Source: Antechinus flavipes (taxonomy: Eukaryota). From it: DNA of 64,000 nucleotides. The translations under genes and the position numbers were made by a program. The notes below the pieces were generated by a model. It was not told where the DNA came from and ran no database searches. It worked only from the letters and a program-made list of their open reading frames with translations. The stretch covers positions 444,726,001-444,790,000 of the forward strand of contig NC_067399.1 in the NCBI RefSeq assembly GCF_016432865.1, read 5' to 3'. Positions 36,781-49,670 of the stretch are shown here, piece after piece. Within the stretch, counting starts at the first letter, position 1; each line of letters opens with the position of its first letter.

Positions 36781-37861
36781 GATTCTCTTCAAAGCCCTTC
36801 ATCCTCTCTTCTGACCGCATCTTCCCATCACCTTGCTACTGCCCTCAGATACTCGCTTTCCTTCTTTCTGTGGGGGAACCCTTGTGGCCACATGGATCTT
36901 CTCAGGACATTTTCTTCCTTTCCCATTGTCAGACCTCTGTCATGGCTTCAGGGCCCAAATCGAGACTTCTGTCCCTCCAGGAGCTGCTCCTGACCAAGCT
37001 CACCCAAATCTAAGCCCTCCTTTCTACCACCTCTTCTAGCCCTAGATGTGACACAGAACATCCAAGTTTAGGCCTTCCAGGGGATGAAAAGTACCCAGCT
37101 CACACCTGGAGGCCCAGGAAGAGCCATTCAAAGTCCACTGAAGTAAAAAACAGCTGTTTGGAATGCAAATAAAAGCCACTTTCACTGAAGCCAACTAAGC
37201 ACCTGGAAGCAAACAATGACTTCATTAAAATACCTGTGGGACCACCTGGCTCTGGGTTCTTTGAGGGGTTAAAGAGGCAGAAACAGGCCTGGGGATGAAT
37301 TCTCTCTTGGGTTGGGATTTGTTTGTTTTACTTTCCATTGTCTTGAATGGGACAGAGTCCTAAGCTCTGCAACTGTCCTAAGTATATCTGAAAAAGGACA
37401 GTTTTCCCCAAGAGTCTTGGGGCAGGAAGAATTAAGGCAAGTTTTGCTGAAACTACTAAAGAATTCATCAAGAATTAACCTTCTTGTGCCCGTGTCAAGT
37501 GTCTGAGAATCATCTGTGCTTAGGGGACTGGTACACTAGCTTAGAAGACCATTCTCTGTGTTGGGAGGATGTGGGCCCAAGTCTTTCCAGTCACCCATGC
37601 TAAACCTGAGATTGCAGGCAAATTAACCTCTTCATGCTTCAGGCAACTTTCTGAGGCTGTTAGGTAAACTGGTTGATTTTCATTAGTGGATGAAGTTTCC
37701 ACAATGGGGGTTTTCTACACTTGTAAAATCACCTGCTTCTATGTCCTCCTCCTCCCAAAATAATTATAGCTAGCTCTACTGTTTGATTCTCACAGCAACC
37801 CTGGGAGATATATTCAATTATGCCCATTCTATTCCAGAAGAAACTGAAAAGAAAGATGATT

Positions 37862-38310
37862 TTTTTCCCTCCTGTATTTTATTTTTCCACATAATGTAAA
37901 GATAATTTTCAACATTAATTTTTGTAAGACTTTGTGTTCCATATTTTCTTCTTCCTCCTCTTATCTCCCTCCTCTCCAAGACATAGCTTAAACATGTACA
38001 TTCCTTTTAAACATAGTTCCATATCTGTCATGTTGTGCAAGAAAAATCGGACTAAAAAGGAAAGAAAATGAGAAAGAAAAACAAACAAAAAGTGAAAATA
38101 CTATGCTTTACTTTATTCCGTATCCATAGTTTTCTCTCTAGATGCCAATGGCATTTCCCATCCTAAGTCTCTTGGAATTGTCTTAGATCATCACTGCATT
38201 GCTGAAAAGAACCAAGTCCATAATAGTTGCTCATCTTATATTCTTGCTGTAACTGTGTACAATGTTCTCCTGGTTCTGCTCATTTCACTCAGCATCAGTT
38301 CATGTAGATC
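37862..38310 (-). mobile_element. L1 3' end
   Basis: L1 3'UTR signature. Confidence 0.85.
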
Positions 38311-38639
38311 AGAAAGGTTAAGTATTAGGTTAAATTAAAGACTTGCCCAGAATGATACAACTAGTGGGTGTCTAAGGCAGAATTTGAACTCAGGTAACTT
38401 GACTATCATTCTGTCCACTGTTACCTAGCAGGTCATCCTCTTCAGTAAGGTGCCTAATTCTGTGGCAGAGCCAAGAACCATCATGGCACTATGGAAAGAG
38501 TGCTGGCTTCAGAAGCTGAATTTTATGCAGCCTCAGTTTACTCATTTGTAAAATGAAGGTGTTGGACCCAACGACCTCTAATATCGCTTTTTACTCTAAA
38601 CCTATAATCCTATGATAGAGAGAATCAGTGAGTATATCT

Positions 38640-39433
38640 TTCTTTTTTTTTTTCTTGAAGCGTTTTATTTTCTAAACATATGCAAGGAAAAATTTTCACC
38701 ACTGACCCTTGCAAAACCTTGTGTTCCAATTCCCCCTTTTACCCCATCCCTCCCTTAGATGTCAAATAGTCCAATATATGTTAAACTTCCAATGTAGGCA
38801 TACATATTTATACAATTATCTTGCTGCACAAGAACAATCAGATCAAAAAGGAAAGAAAACAAGAAAGAAAATAAAATTCAAGCAAACAACAAACAAAAAG
38901 AGTGAGAATGCTATGTTGTGGTCTGTTAAAGAACAGGTCAATTCTTCGAGAGCCTCCACAGCTGTGGATAATAGCATCTGAAGGACTTGCAGGGCAGCCT
39001 TTGCTGACACAGGTGTTGTGGACTAGGAATGAGATAAATTGGAGACAAAGGGAAGAGGAGAGAGGTCAGAGAACAGCAATGGCCTCTCAGTCTCCTTGTA
39101 TCATCCTCTCCCAAGAGGCGATCCATTCTGGGTTGGCTCTCCAGCAGCCACTGTGAGATGGCTCCCGTGTATTGCAGCAGTGATCCACACTCAGTTCCCA
39201 CAGTCCTCTCTGAATGCAGAGGGTTCTCATCATTACAAGATCATTGGAACTGGCCTGAATCCCTTCGCTGTTGAGAGCCACATCCATCAGAAGTGCTCAT
39301 TGTATAATATTGTTGTTGTCATATACAATGATCTCCTGGTTCTGCTCACTTCACTCAGCACCAGTTCACGTAAGTCTCTCCAGGCCTTTCTGAAATTATG
39401 CTGTGAATCATTTCTTACAGAACAATAATATTC
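38640..39433 (-). mobile_element. L1 3' end hosting a short LTR; apparently continues at 40963-41060
   Basis: L1 3'UTR on both sides of 38924-39179. Confidence 0.85.
38924..39179. mobile_element. Short solo LTR-like insertion (256 bp) with 6-bp TSD
   Basis: TG...CA ends; GTGGTC at 38918-38923 and GTGATC at 39180-39185; cleanly interrupts the L1 3'UTR. Confidence 0.82.
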
Positions 39434-40962
39434 TTTTTTTTTAATTTACAAAACATATGCATGGGTAATTTTTCCAATACTGACTCTTGCAAAACCTTTT
39501 CTTTCAAATTTTCCCCTCCTCCCCTCCATCTCTTCCCCTAGCTGGCAGGTAATCCAATACATGTTAAATATGTTAAAATACATGTTAAATCTAATATATG
39601 TATACATATTTATACAGTCATCTTGATGCACAAGAAAAATCAGATCAAGAAGGAAGAAAAAGAAAAATTGAGGAGGAAAACAAAATGCAAGTAAACAACA
39701 ACAGAGAGAGTGAGAATGCTATGTTGGGACCACACTCAGTTCCCATAGACCTCTTTCTGGGTGTAGATGGCTCTCTTCGCCACTGAACAGGTGGAACTGG
39801 TTTGTACCATCTTATTGTTGAAGAGGGCCACATCCATCAGAATTGATCATAGTCTTATTGTTGCTGTGTATAATGATCTTCTGGTTCTGCTCATTTCACT
39901 CAGCATCAGTTCATGTAAGTCTCGCCAGGCCTCTCTGAAATCATCCTGCTGGTCATTTTTTACAGAACAATAATATTCCATAACGTTCATATACCACAAT
40001 TTATTCAGCCATTCTCCAATTGATGGGCATCCACTCAGATTCCAATTCCTTGCCACTACAAACAGGGCTGCCACAAACATTTTGGCACATACAGGTCCCT
40101 TTCCCTTCTTTAGTATCTCTTTGGGATATAATCCCAGTAGAAACACTGCTGGATCGAAGGGTATGCACAGTTTGATAACTTTTTGAGCATAGTTCCAAAT
40201 TGCTCTCCAGAATGGCTCCAACAATGCATCAGTGTCCCAGTTTTCCCGCATCCCCTTCAACATTAGTCATTATAGTTTCCTGTTATCTTAGTCAATCTGA
40301 CAGGTGTGTAGCAGTATCTCAGAGTTGTCTTAATTTGCATTTCTCTGATCAATAGTGATTTGGAGCATATTTTCATATGGCTAGAAATAGTTTCAATTTC
40401 TTCATTTGAGAATTGTCTGTTCATATCCTTTGACCATTTATCAACTGGAGAATGGCTTGATTTCTTATAAATTAGAGTCAATTCTCTATACATTTTGGAA
40501 ATGAGGCCTTTAACAGATCCTTTGGATGTAAAAATATTTTCCCAGTTTATTGCTTCCCTTCTAATCTTGTCTGTATTTGTTTTGTTTGTACAAAACTAAA
40601 AAAAAAAAAAAGTTTTGTTTGTACAAAACCTTTTTAACTTAATATGATCAAAATTACCTATTTTGTGTTCAATAATGATCTCTAATTCTTCTTTGGATAC
40701 AAATTCCTTCCTCCACAAATCTGAGAGGTAAACTATCCCATGTTCTTCTAATTTGTTTATAATATCATTCTTTATGTTTAGATCATGAACCCAATTCGAC
40801 CTGATCTTGGTATGTGGTGTTAGTGTGGGTCTATGTCTACTTTCTGACATACTAGTTTCCAGTTTTCCCAGCAGTTCCTGTCAAATAGTGAATTGTTATC
40901 CCAAAAGCTGGGGATCTTTGGGTTTGTCAAATACTAGATTGCTACAGTCATTGACTACTTTG
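39434..40962 (-). mobile_element. 5'-truncated L1 (about 1.5 kb: ORF2 C-terminus and 3'UTR)
   Basis: FWRAIWNYAQKVIKLCIPFDPAV...GEWLNKLWYMN is L1 ORF2; frameshifts present; T tail at the left end. Confidence 0.93.
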
Positions 40963-41699
40963 CAGAACGATAATCTCCCATAACCTTCATGCCCTTGACT
41001 TGTTCAGCCACTCTCCAGCTGAGGGGCATCCTCTCAGTTTCCAGATTCTTGCCCCAACTATTTTTGCACAGCTGGGTCGCTTTCAGTGGGTGCACCTTTC
41101 AGGGACTTTGCCTTCCCCAGGTCCAGAGTGCAGGACAAGGCCAAGCTTCATCTTCCTCGGGGTGCAGGGGCCACGGTGGTTAACTCTCTGCCCTTTGTGA
41201 GCTTGCATTCAAGTTGGGAAAAATAAAATTAACACAAGGAAACTACTGCAAGAGAATTAAATGCTAAACTATGTCATATTAGCCAGAAGTAAGAAGGCTG
41301 GGCCCTCGCTGAAGTATGACTGAGTAGGTAGAGAAGGCAGTGGAACCTGAAAGACCAGATTATAAACACCGGGAGGGTGCATGGTGCAGCCGAAAGGAAA
41401 ACGGTTCTGGAGTCAGAAGGCTTGGGTTCAAGTTTTATCTCTTTTATGGGATCTTTAACCTCTCTTGGGAGGGTCTCAGGTTCCTTGGTTATAAAAAGAA
41501 GATGATTTAGAGACAACATGGCAGTCAGAAAGCTGTGTGCCTCTGGACATGTCACCTACCAGCTCTGTTTCTTCATTCTTCCTGTGCAAGGAGAGGGGTT
41601 GGAATTGATAGTCTCTAAGACCCCTCCCAGCTTTAAATCTATGATCCTTTGATTCTTCTTTATAGGCAGGTCAGGATTGTGCTTTGTAAACTATATAAG

Positions 41700-41835
41700 C
41701 TATATTAAATTGTTTGCTGTCTATGGAACAGGGTAGGGAGAGGGAAGGAGAAACATTTGGAACACAAGGTTTTGCAAGGGTAACTGTTGAAAACTGTCTT
41801 TTGCATTTGCAAAAATAAAAAAAGCTATTAAAAAA
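41700..41835 (+). mobile_element. Short L1 3' end
   Basis: GGAACACAAGGTTTTGCAAGGG signature. Confidence 0.8.
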
Positions 41836-42735
41836 AGAGAGATAAATTATGTCCTCCCTGATTCTTCCCTTCTCCAGACTAACTAGAGGCATCTAGTGGT
41901 ACAATGGGATTGGGGACTAGACCACATGGAGCCAGGAAAAGGAGTTCAAATCTGACCTCAGGCGCTTACTTGGTGGACAAATCACTTAAACTGTCTCTGC
42001 CCCACTTTCCTCAAATGTAAAATGGGGATAATGATAGCATTTCCCTTGAAGGGTTGATGAGATAATCTTTGTCAAAAATAAATTCTTGGCTCATAGTACA
42101 TGCTATCTAAACGCTTCTTACTCCTTTCCCTAAACGTTCCCAGTTCCTGCAATCAATACTATCAAATAGAGTGAACTCAAGCCCTTTTAACATACTGGCT
42201 GCCTTCCTTTACACGTGCTCCTGCTCTTCAATGTCCCTTCTAAAACAGGGTCATCCAGGATTGAACACAATACTACGAATGACCAAAACAGAGTCCAGAC
42301 TATTGTCTCTTGATCCCTAGAAACTGTGTCTCTCTCCACGTTGCCGAGATCACCTTAACAAGTCAGGAAAGTTTTCCTGATCCTTCTTAGAGGTACTTCT
42401 TTCCTTCTGTTGACTGCTTAAACTTATCTGTACCTACATAATTTGCATTGTTTGCATGTGAACTCCTTGAGAGCAAGAACTATTTTTTTCACTATCTTTG
42501 TCTCTCCATCTCCTAGCTCCGTACTTGACATAGTAGATACTTAAAAGATGCTGATTGACTGACTTACATGAGGAGGTTCCCCCACACACACCCACAAAGC
42601 TGACTCACTGAGTTTGAGATACCCCAAATATCCAGATATTTCTCAGAAAAAAATGTTGTTTAACCATTCATACTTTTGGTGTCTCTGACTTGTAATTAGG
42701 GATTATGGCCACAGTTTTTGGTGTTCATGAAACAA

Positions 42736-42815
42736 GAGAGAGAGACAGACAGACAGACGGACAGACAGACAGATAAGACACAGAGACACAGAGACACAGA
42801 GACAGAGTGTGTGTG
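42736..42815. repeat. Compound (GA)/(GACA)/(TG) microsatellite
   Basis: Direct reading. Confidence 0.9.
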
Positions 42816-43484
42816 TTTAAGTAGGAGTTGGGGGGGAGTGATAATTTTTTACAACAAGCAAGTGATTTGTGGGAGAAAGACACCAGATTTGAAGCTAATG
42901 TTCCCTAGCCCTCATGTCCACCTCCAAACCATCCAAGTATTTTTTGAGAATTATAACATGTAGTTCTGGGCTTATAGAAGGGGAAAGACTATAGAAAGGG
43001 ACCTTAGAAACTATTAAGTCCAATCTCCTCATTTTATAAATGAGGAAACTGGGGAACAGAGAGAATAAGTGACTTGACTAGAACCACTCTGAAAACAAAT
43101 AACCAGAGTCCCAGAGTTTACAACTGCTGCTGCCTTAAAAAAGAGAGAGCTCCCATGGGTGATCCCAATCATAGTTATCTGTGGAAATATCAAAGAGCTC
43201 TCACAGGTTAGCACAATCATAGTTAACTTAGGTAATGTGACACATGTGCTGGGGCCTCCTCTTAGACCCACAGTAAAGTGGGTCCATATCAGTGTATCTA
43301 CCAATGGCTACAGTGGGTGTAATCCTTCCAGTGAGGGGGTCACAGAAGCAATGAGACAGATTTGATTCCTAGCAGCGTTTCATGACCAGAATGTGGTTTC
43401 TGCAGGTATTTGTCCAAGCCCAGAGACTTCCTGGTGTTGCTGTGAAACAATTCTGGGATTTAGTGTGACTGAGCTCCTTTAGAA

Positions 43485-43690
43485 CAGGTTGGGGAACGTC
43501 CAGTCTGTGGGCCAGAAAAGGCCCTTGAAATCATTTGGCCCTGCCAAGGCAACCACAAGCAGTGATGAGCTGAAATTCTCATCAGTCTCAGTGCTTGAGT
43601 TTTTAAGTTGATAATTGTGCATGTATAACATCTGAATGAAGTTTTAAATATACAAATTACCCTTGACAGGAAATAGGTTCCCTACTTCTG
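43485..43690. mobile_element. hAT (MER45/Charlie-like) MITE
   Basis: Imperfect TIRs CAGGTTGGGGAAC and GTTCCCTACTTCTG; 8-bp flanks CTTTAGAA and ATCTAGCG resemble the NTCTAGAN target. Confidence 0.7.
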
Positions 43691-46329
43691 ATCTAGCGGG
43701 AAAGTGCAAAGGATTGTTGTTATGTCAAGCCCAGGATATAGTTTGCTTACTGGGCTTTAGCTCTGGAAAACAAGATGCTTCCTGTTAATAAAAAAGTAAA
43801 ACAATAATAAATAATAAATAAACAGTTTAAAAAATAGTAAAATGAGAGGTATAATCTTGGCATTGAAATCTTGACATATTCATAGAGTATCTTAACATTA
43901 ATCACATTTAAAAAGCTACCAGCAAGGAGTGAGAGTGGTGGGACAGGACATTGGAGGCCTGGCTTCTAGTTCAATCTCTGCCAATTATTAGCTATGTGCG
44001 CTTGGGTAACCATGTCACTGTCCAATAAATGCCTTATTGATAAAATGAAAGGACTGGATTTTGATTATAGATTTAGAACTGGAAGGTCATCTAGCTCAAC
44101 TGTCTCATTTAACATGGGATGTGGAAATCAAGGCCCAGAGATGCTAAAAGACTCACCTAGTTGACAGAGGTGGATTATGAGTTCAGGTTCTTTGATACCA
44201 GATTGAAGGCTGGCCCCCATGTCCCATGATGTTTTTCTGTGCATTCTGAAATTAAGAGCTAATGTTTAATAAAATCTAATCTTCTTTTTCTAATATGTTC
44301 TTTTTTTCCCTTTGGTATAAAGATTATGATTTCATCAGGGTGAGAAACTCCTTCGCCAGCTGAGGAATTCCTTCTTCCAATATAGGTCAATCTCTTTCCT
44401 GGAACTTGCTGCTTAAGAGAGGTGTAGAGGTGTGGGAGGGATGTATTGAAAGGTGCCCAGAGTCACATGGTAGGACTCGAACCCAGCTCAACGTGATTCT
44501 GAGACAGGGTTTCTATCCATTGTGCAATGTGACCTCTCATTGCTTTGCTCTTTTCTGTGAGAGATGGTGGGAGGATCATTGCAAAAGTATTTATAAGCTT
44601 ACCTATCTCCATGGTTTTCAAAGCCTCCAATAGTGATGCTGGAACAAGTTTTATAGACAGTTCACAATCTCTGATCATTGAGATAAGGTGAAGAACCTGT
44701 GTAGTAGGTAATTCAAGGCGACCACTTCCAACATTATTTCCTTTGTGACTAAGAGCAAGTCACAACATCTCTGAGTTGCATCCTCATCCATAAAATGGGG
44801 ATAATAACACTTACTCTACTTACCTCATAAAGTTGTTGGAAGGAATGCAAGTTCCATATAAATGTGAGTTATTATTATTATGAGGGCTCTGAAAGCTAAC
44901 CATCTGTCTCTTGTTGGTATCTTCCTTAGGCAAATATTGTTGTTGTGGGGCTTAGCTGGGTTCTGGGCTCCTAGATCCCCCCAGATATTCCCAGGCCCAT
45001 TGATCCTATTGCCCCTGATCAAATTTAACCTCCTAGCTTTGTAAGGGACCTCTGACCTCACTCCTGGTCATCAGATGACTCTAGGCCCCCAGCAGAGAAG
45101 CCCACATCTTCTGCTCATAAGAAGACACACCCATTATAATTTCACCATTTGGCTCTCCCGTGTCCCTCATCTCTCCTTCTCCACTCCATCCCCCAGCCTG
45201 ACTTTGTGTAGTAAAAGCTAGGAGACTTGGGTTTGAATTCTAAACTCAAACCTTGGCAGTGTTAAAGAGTAGGCCCCAGTTTTTCTCTCTGTAAAACAAG
45301 CTGTTTATTTTAAATCATAATAATCGACGTTCATGTAATACTTGAAAGTTTTACAAGTAACATAAATTATCTCATTAGAGCCTGTGAGGCAGGTATGACA
45401 GGTATCATTATCCCCATTTTACAGATGAGGAAATTGAGAGGTGGTGACTTGCCTATAGTCATGAAGCTAGTAAGAAAGTGGAGGTGAAGCACCTGGTGGT
45501 GCAATAGAAAAAACACTGAGCCTGGTGTTGGAAAGACCGGAGTTCAGATCCAGTTTTAGGTATTTACTAGCTGCATGACCTTGAACAAATCATCTAATCC
45601 CTAGTTGCCTCAGTTTCCTCAACTATAAAATGGGAATCATCCTAGCAGGGTTGTTGTGAGGAAAAAAAATGAGATGATATTTGTGAAAAGTGCTTAGCCC
45701 AGTAGCTGGTATACAGTAGGTTCTCCACAAATGTCTATTCCCTTCTCCAGAGGTGGATTTTAATCCAGGCCTCCCTGGCATCAAGTCTTATACTCTTCCT
45801 GCTGGGACTCTGTCTCGTCCTGTACCTATGATTGATATCTAAAATCCCGAGGACGGGAGGTGACACATGGTTGTAACATGGGCCACCTCACCTGGACAGA
45901 ATGTTGTGCCCATTTTCAGATGCCATTGCTGTTTTGGGAGGTACCCACCCAAAGGTTCTTTTGGGTTGAGAAATATCTTCTGGGATGCAGATTATTAATC
46001 TCGGGAATAATGCCACCAAAATATCATTCCCAATCTCCTAAGTGGGAAAAGCCTGGGTGGGCAGACACCCCCAAGACTCAGACCACAATCCATCAAGACA
46101 CTTGTCCCCAGGCTACTGCCCCAGGGCTGTGTGGGATTTAACACAACTCAGTATATTAACTATTAAACACCTTCTATGTTCAGAATCTGTGGACACAAAA
46201 TGTCCCTACACTCATAGAATTTACAGTCTACTGCAGGAGATAATACGCACATAGACCAGTATTGGGAAATATAAAATAGAGTCGTGATGACACAATACAA
46301 AAACAATCACTAGCTTTGAGGTAGGAGAT

Positions 46330-46570
46330 TGCTGTTGAGTATGATTCTTCATGACCCCATTTGGATTTTTCTTGGCAAAGATATTGGAGCATTTGACTAT
46401 TTCCTTCTTCAGCCGATTTTACAGATGTGGAAATTGAGGGAAATAGTGTGAAGTGATTTGCCCAGGGTAATAAAGCTAGTAAATGTCTGAGGTCAGATTT
46501 GAACTCAAGAAGGAGTCCTCCTGATACCAAACCTAGTGCTCCATCTATTGTGCTATGTAGCTGCCCTGAA
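46330..46570 (-). mobile_element. MAR1-type SINE
   Basis: RTE-like tail and CORE. Confidence 0.8.
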
Positions 46571-46679
46571 GTAAGAGAATCAGGCTTCAAATACTCCCTA
46601 TGTGACTTTGCCTTTCTGGACCTCATTTTCTGTGTCTATAATAAGAGAGGGTTATTCTAAAGAGCTTTTAAATTCCTTT

Positions 46680-47450
46680 TATTTTTTCTTTCTTTTTTTT
46701 TAAATTAAAGCTTTTTAATTTTCAAAAGATATGCGTGGATAATTTTTCAACATTAACCCTTGCAAAACTCGTGTTCCAATTCCCCCGCCTTTCCCTCCAT
46801 TCCCTCTCTTAGATATCAAGTAATCCAACTTATGTTAAACATGGTAAAATATGTTAATTCCAAAATATGCATACATATTTATATAATTGTCTTTCTGAAC
46901 AAGAAAAATCAAATTTCCCCCAAACAAGAAAGAAAATAAAATGCAAAGAGAAAACAACAATAAGAGTGAAAATGCTATGTTGTGGTCCACACTCAGTTCC
47001 ACAGTTCTCTCTCTGGGTGTGGATGGCGTTCTTCATCACAAGACCATTGGAACTGGCCTAAATCATCTCATTGTTGGAAAAAACCACATCCATCAGAAGT
47101 GTTCAACAGATTGTTGCCTTGTACAATGATCTGCTCATTTCACTCAGCATCAGTTCATGTAGGTCTCTGCAAGCCTCTCTGTATTCATCCTGCTGGTCAT
47201 TTCTTACAGAACAATAATATTCCATAACATTCATATACCATAACTTATTCAGTCATTCTCTGATGGGCACCCACCCAGTTCCCAGGTTCTTGCAACTACA
47301 AAAAGAGCTGCCACAAACATTCTTGCACATACAGGTCCCTTTCCCTTCTTCAAGATCTCTTTGGAAATAAGCCCAGAACAAACACTGCTGGACCAAAGGG
47401 TATACAAGTTTGATAACCCTTTGGACATAGTTCCAAATTGCTCTCCACAA
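46680..47450 (-). mobile_element. L1 3' end
   Basis: 3'UTR plus ORF2 terminus. Confidence 0.9.
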
Positions 47451-47871
47451 TTCTAAATCTGTGATCCAATGGAGATGACAGGAGCAAAAGAGACAACCAA
47501 AGTGCTCTATGAAAATTTAAGGACAAGGGGGTGAGGAGGTGGGGAGGGTAGAGCAGGAAAGGGATCAGGAGGCTAGAAGGAAGAGAAGGCTTCAAGAAGT
47601 GGAAATTTAGAGGTATGGGAGAACAGCCTTGAGGAGGGAGAGGTCGGGCCAAGCTTGGGGAACAGTTATTAGCCATGTTTGGCTGGAATGTATATAAAGA
47701 ACACGAAGAAAGCAAGATAAATCAGCATGGAAAGTTAGGATTGAGGCAGATTGTGGAAGGCCTTAAAAGCTAAATTTAGGTGTTTGTGTTTTAACCTCTG
47801 GGCAATAGGAAACCACTAAAGGTTTTTGAATAGGTGAGGGATCTTTTGCTTTCTATCAGATATATTATATG

Positions 47872-48076
47872 GGAGGCAGGGCTTCTTGAGTCAGCAACAC
47901 CGGAATTCAAATGTAACCTCCGACACTGACTAGCTGTTACCCTAAGAAAGTCCTTTAACCCCGTTTGCTTCAGTTTCCTCATCCGTAAAATCGGCTAGAG
48001 AAGGAAATGACAAATTACTTCAATATCTTTGCCAAGAAAACTTCAAATGGCGTCACAAAGACTCAGCCATGACCGA
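47872..48076 (+). mobile_element. MAR1-type SINE
   Basis: GAGAAGGAAATGACAAATTACTTCAATATCTTTGCCAAGAAAAC tail. Confidence 0.78.
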
Positions 48077-48310
48077 AAAAACCCAATCTGAGAAGAGAAA
48101 ACTGGAGGGTTTCTGGCTAAAACAGAAACAACTGCTCTTTAAATTCACTCTGAATCAATTAGGGCCCAAACAATGACTAATTAGGGCTTAGCCTGGGACC
48201 TATTGTTGACCAATTAATGAAAGTCAGAGTGATTTGGATTTAAGGCAAGGTCTTTAAGAAAGAAATCTTGCTAGTAAACCCCAAGATATCTTGGGAGATT
48301 TCAGGGATTT
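48077..48310 (-). mobile_element. RTE-mobilised SINE (WALLSI/RTESINE-like), 5' part
   Basis: Resembles the recalled 5' portion of the marsupial RTE SINE. Confidence 0.55.
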
Positions 48311-48375
48311 AAAAAAAAAAAGTTGTTTTCTTTGAGCAGCACACTCATAGGTAAGGGTATGATACTTTATGTGGA

Positions 48376-48528
48376 NNNNNNNNNNNNNNNNNNNNNNNNN
48401 NNNNNNNNNNNNNNNNNNNNNNNNNNNNNNNNNNNNNNNNNNNNNNNNNNNNNNNNNNNNNNNNNNNNNNNNNNNNNNNNNNNNNNNNNNNNNNNNNNNN
48501 NNNNNNNNNNNNNNNNNNNNNNNNNNNN
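48376..48528. other. Assembly gap (153 N)
   Basis: Direct reading. Confidence 1.
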
Positions 48529-48624
48529 AAAAAAAGGAAGGGATGGAAAGATAGGAGAAAGAAATGAACTGTGGTACTTTCCAGTTCCAGCTGGGTCCCC
48601 AGTGGACCAGCTTTACTCACAGAG

Positions 48625-48810
48625 GTTGTTGTTTGTCTGTCGTTCTTGCAGAGGACCATGACATCAGGGAGGGGATGCCATGACTTGCAGGTGAGCTGGA
48701 TTTAAGTGAGGGAGGGCTATGCAAAGTCACCAGCCTCACTTTTTCCTCCAGTGCCGTCTGGGTCCAGTGACCAGATATAGATTCAGGACGACTGGAGATG
48801 GCCTCGTTCA
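48625..48810 (-). mobile_element. RTE-mobilised SINE, 3' part
   Basis: GTTGTTGTTTGTC...GAGGACCATGACATCAGGGAG...GGATTTAAGTGAGGGAGGG. Confidence 0.75.
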
Positions 48811-49670
48811 TAAATTTAAGGCTCAGGAAAAAGCATTTCATGAAATGCTTTATGTACCCCTTCCTCACCATGTTGGTCTAACCTCAAGGTGAAGATAAGG
48901 GGTTTGATCATCTCAATTTTTCTATGGTACCAGCTTGTTATACTTGTTGGTATCTTCTTCCTGTGGTGACTGCCTTCCTGAGTCAAAGAGAAGGAGGTGC
49001 AGAGCCTGGATCCAACCCTCAGGGACAGATTTTTCTAAGGTCTAATTCCAGAGGATTTAGATCCCTGTTCCATTTGGCCTTGTAAACTGGGCATTCTGCC
49101 AGGTGTACTGTGAGTGCCAGGGCTGGCAGGATTGTGGTGGCAGCAGGTACCATGGCACCTTCCAAGGAAAAGTCAATAAACCAATTCGGTGCTAGTTCGC
49201 TTGTTTCAGTCATGTTCGGCTCTTGGTGGTCTCGTTTGGGGTTTTCTTGACAAAAAGAGTGCTTTAAGTATCCATTGTTTTCCAGGCACCCAAAGGAAAG
49301 GTACAGAAATATCTTCCCTGCCCACTCCCACATTTAGGCCCCTTGCACCCTCCCCACCCCCATCCCCGTCCCCAATAATTTAAACAATGCTTATGTTCCA
49401 GTGGTTAGTGGGGCCTTCATCATGTGGAACCCGGAGTAATTCTGAATGACTGGATGTCCAAGTAGCTACAGTTGGTTGGACAGGGATGTGGGGGTGGGGT
49501 GGGAGGACATGGTCTGGGGCAGGCAGAAGATGGGAAGGACTCCGTCTTTCTCTCCAGAGCTTCTAAGCTGAACCTGGACCTGAAGCTTGTGTTAGGAGGG
49601 AGCCCTAGCAGGGGGTCCTGGCCTAAAATGTTTATGCTCAGGATATGGGATCCAAATCCTGGACTGACTG

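Noticed and set aside
39847-40263. 138-aa ORF and similar ORFs with a WLNKLWY motif
   Set aside because: L1 ORF2 C-terminal remnants, not host genes.
43265-43284. Perfect 7-bp hairpin GACCCAC/GTGGGTC
   Set aside because: Expected by chance in 64 kb.
48077-48810. RTE-SINE 5' and 3' parts in swapped order around the N gap
   Set aside because: Cannot distinguish two independent truncated copies from local misassembly; not interpretable without reads.
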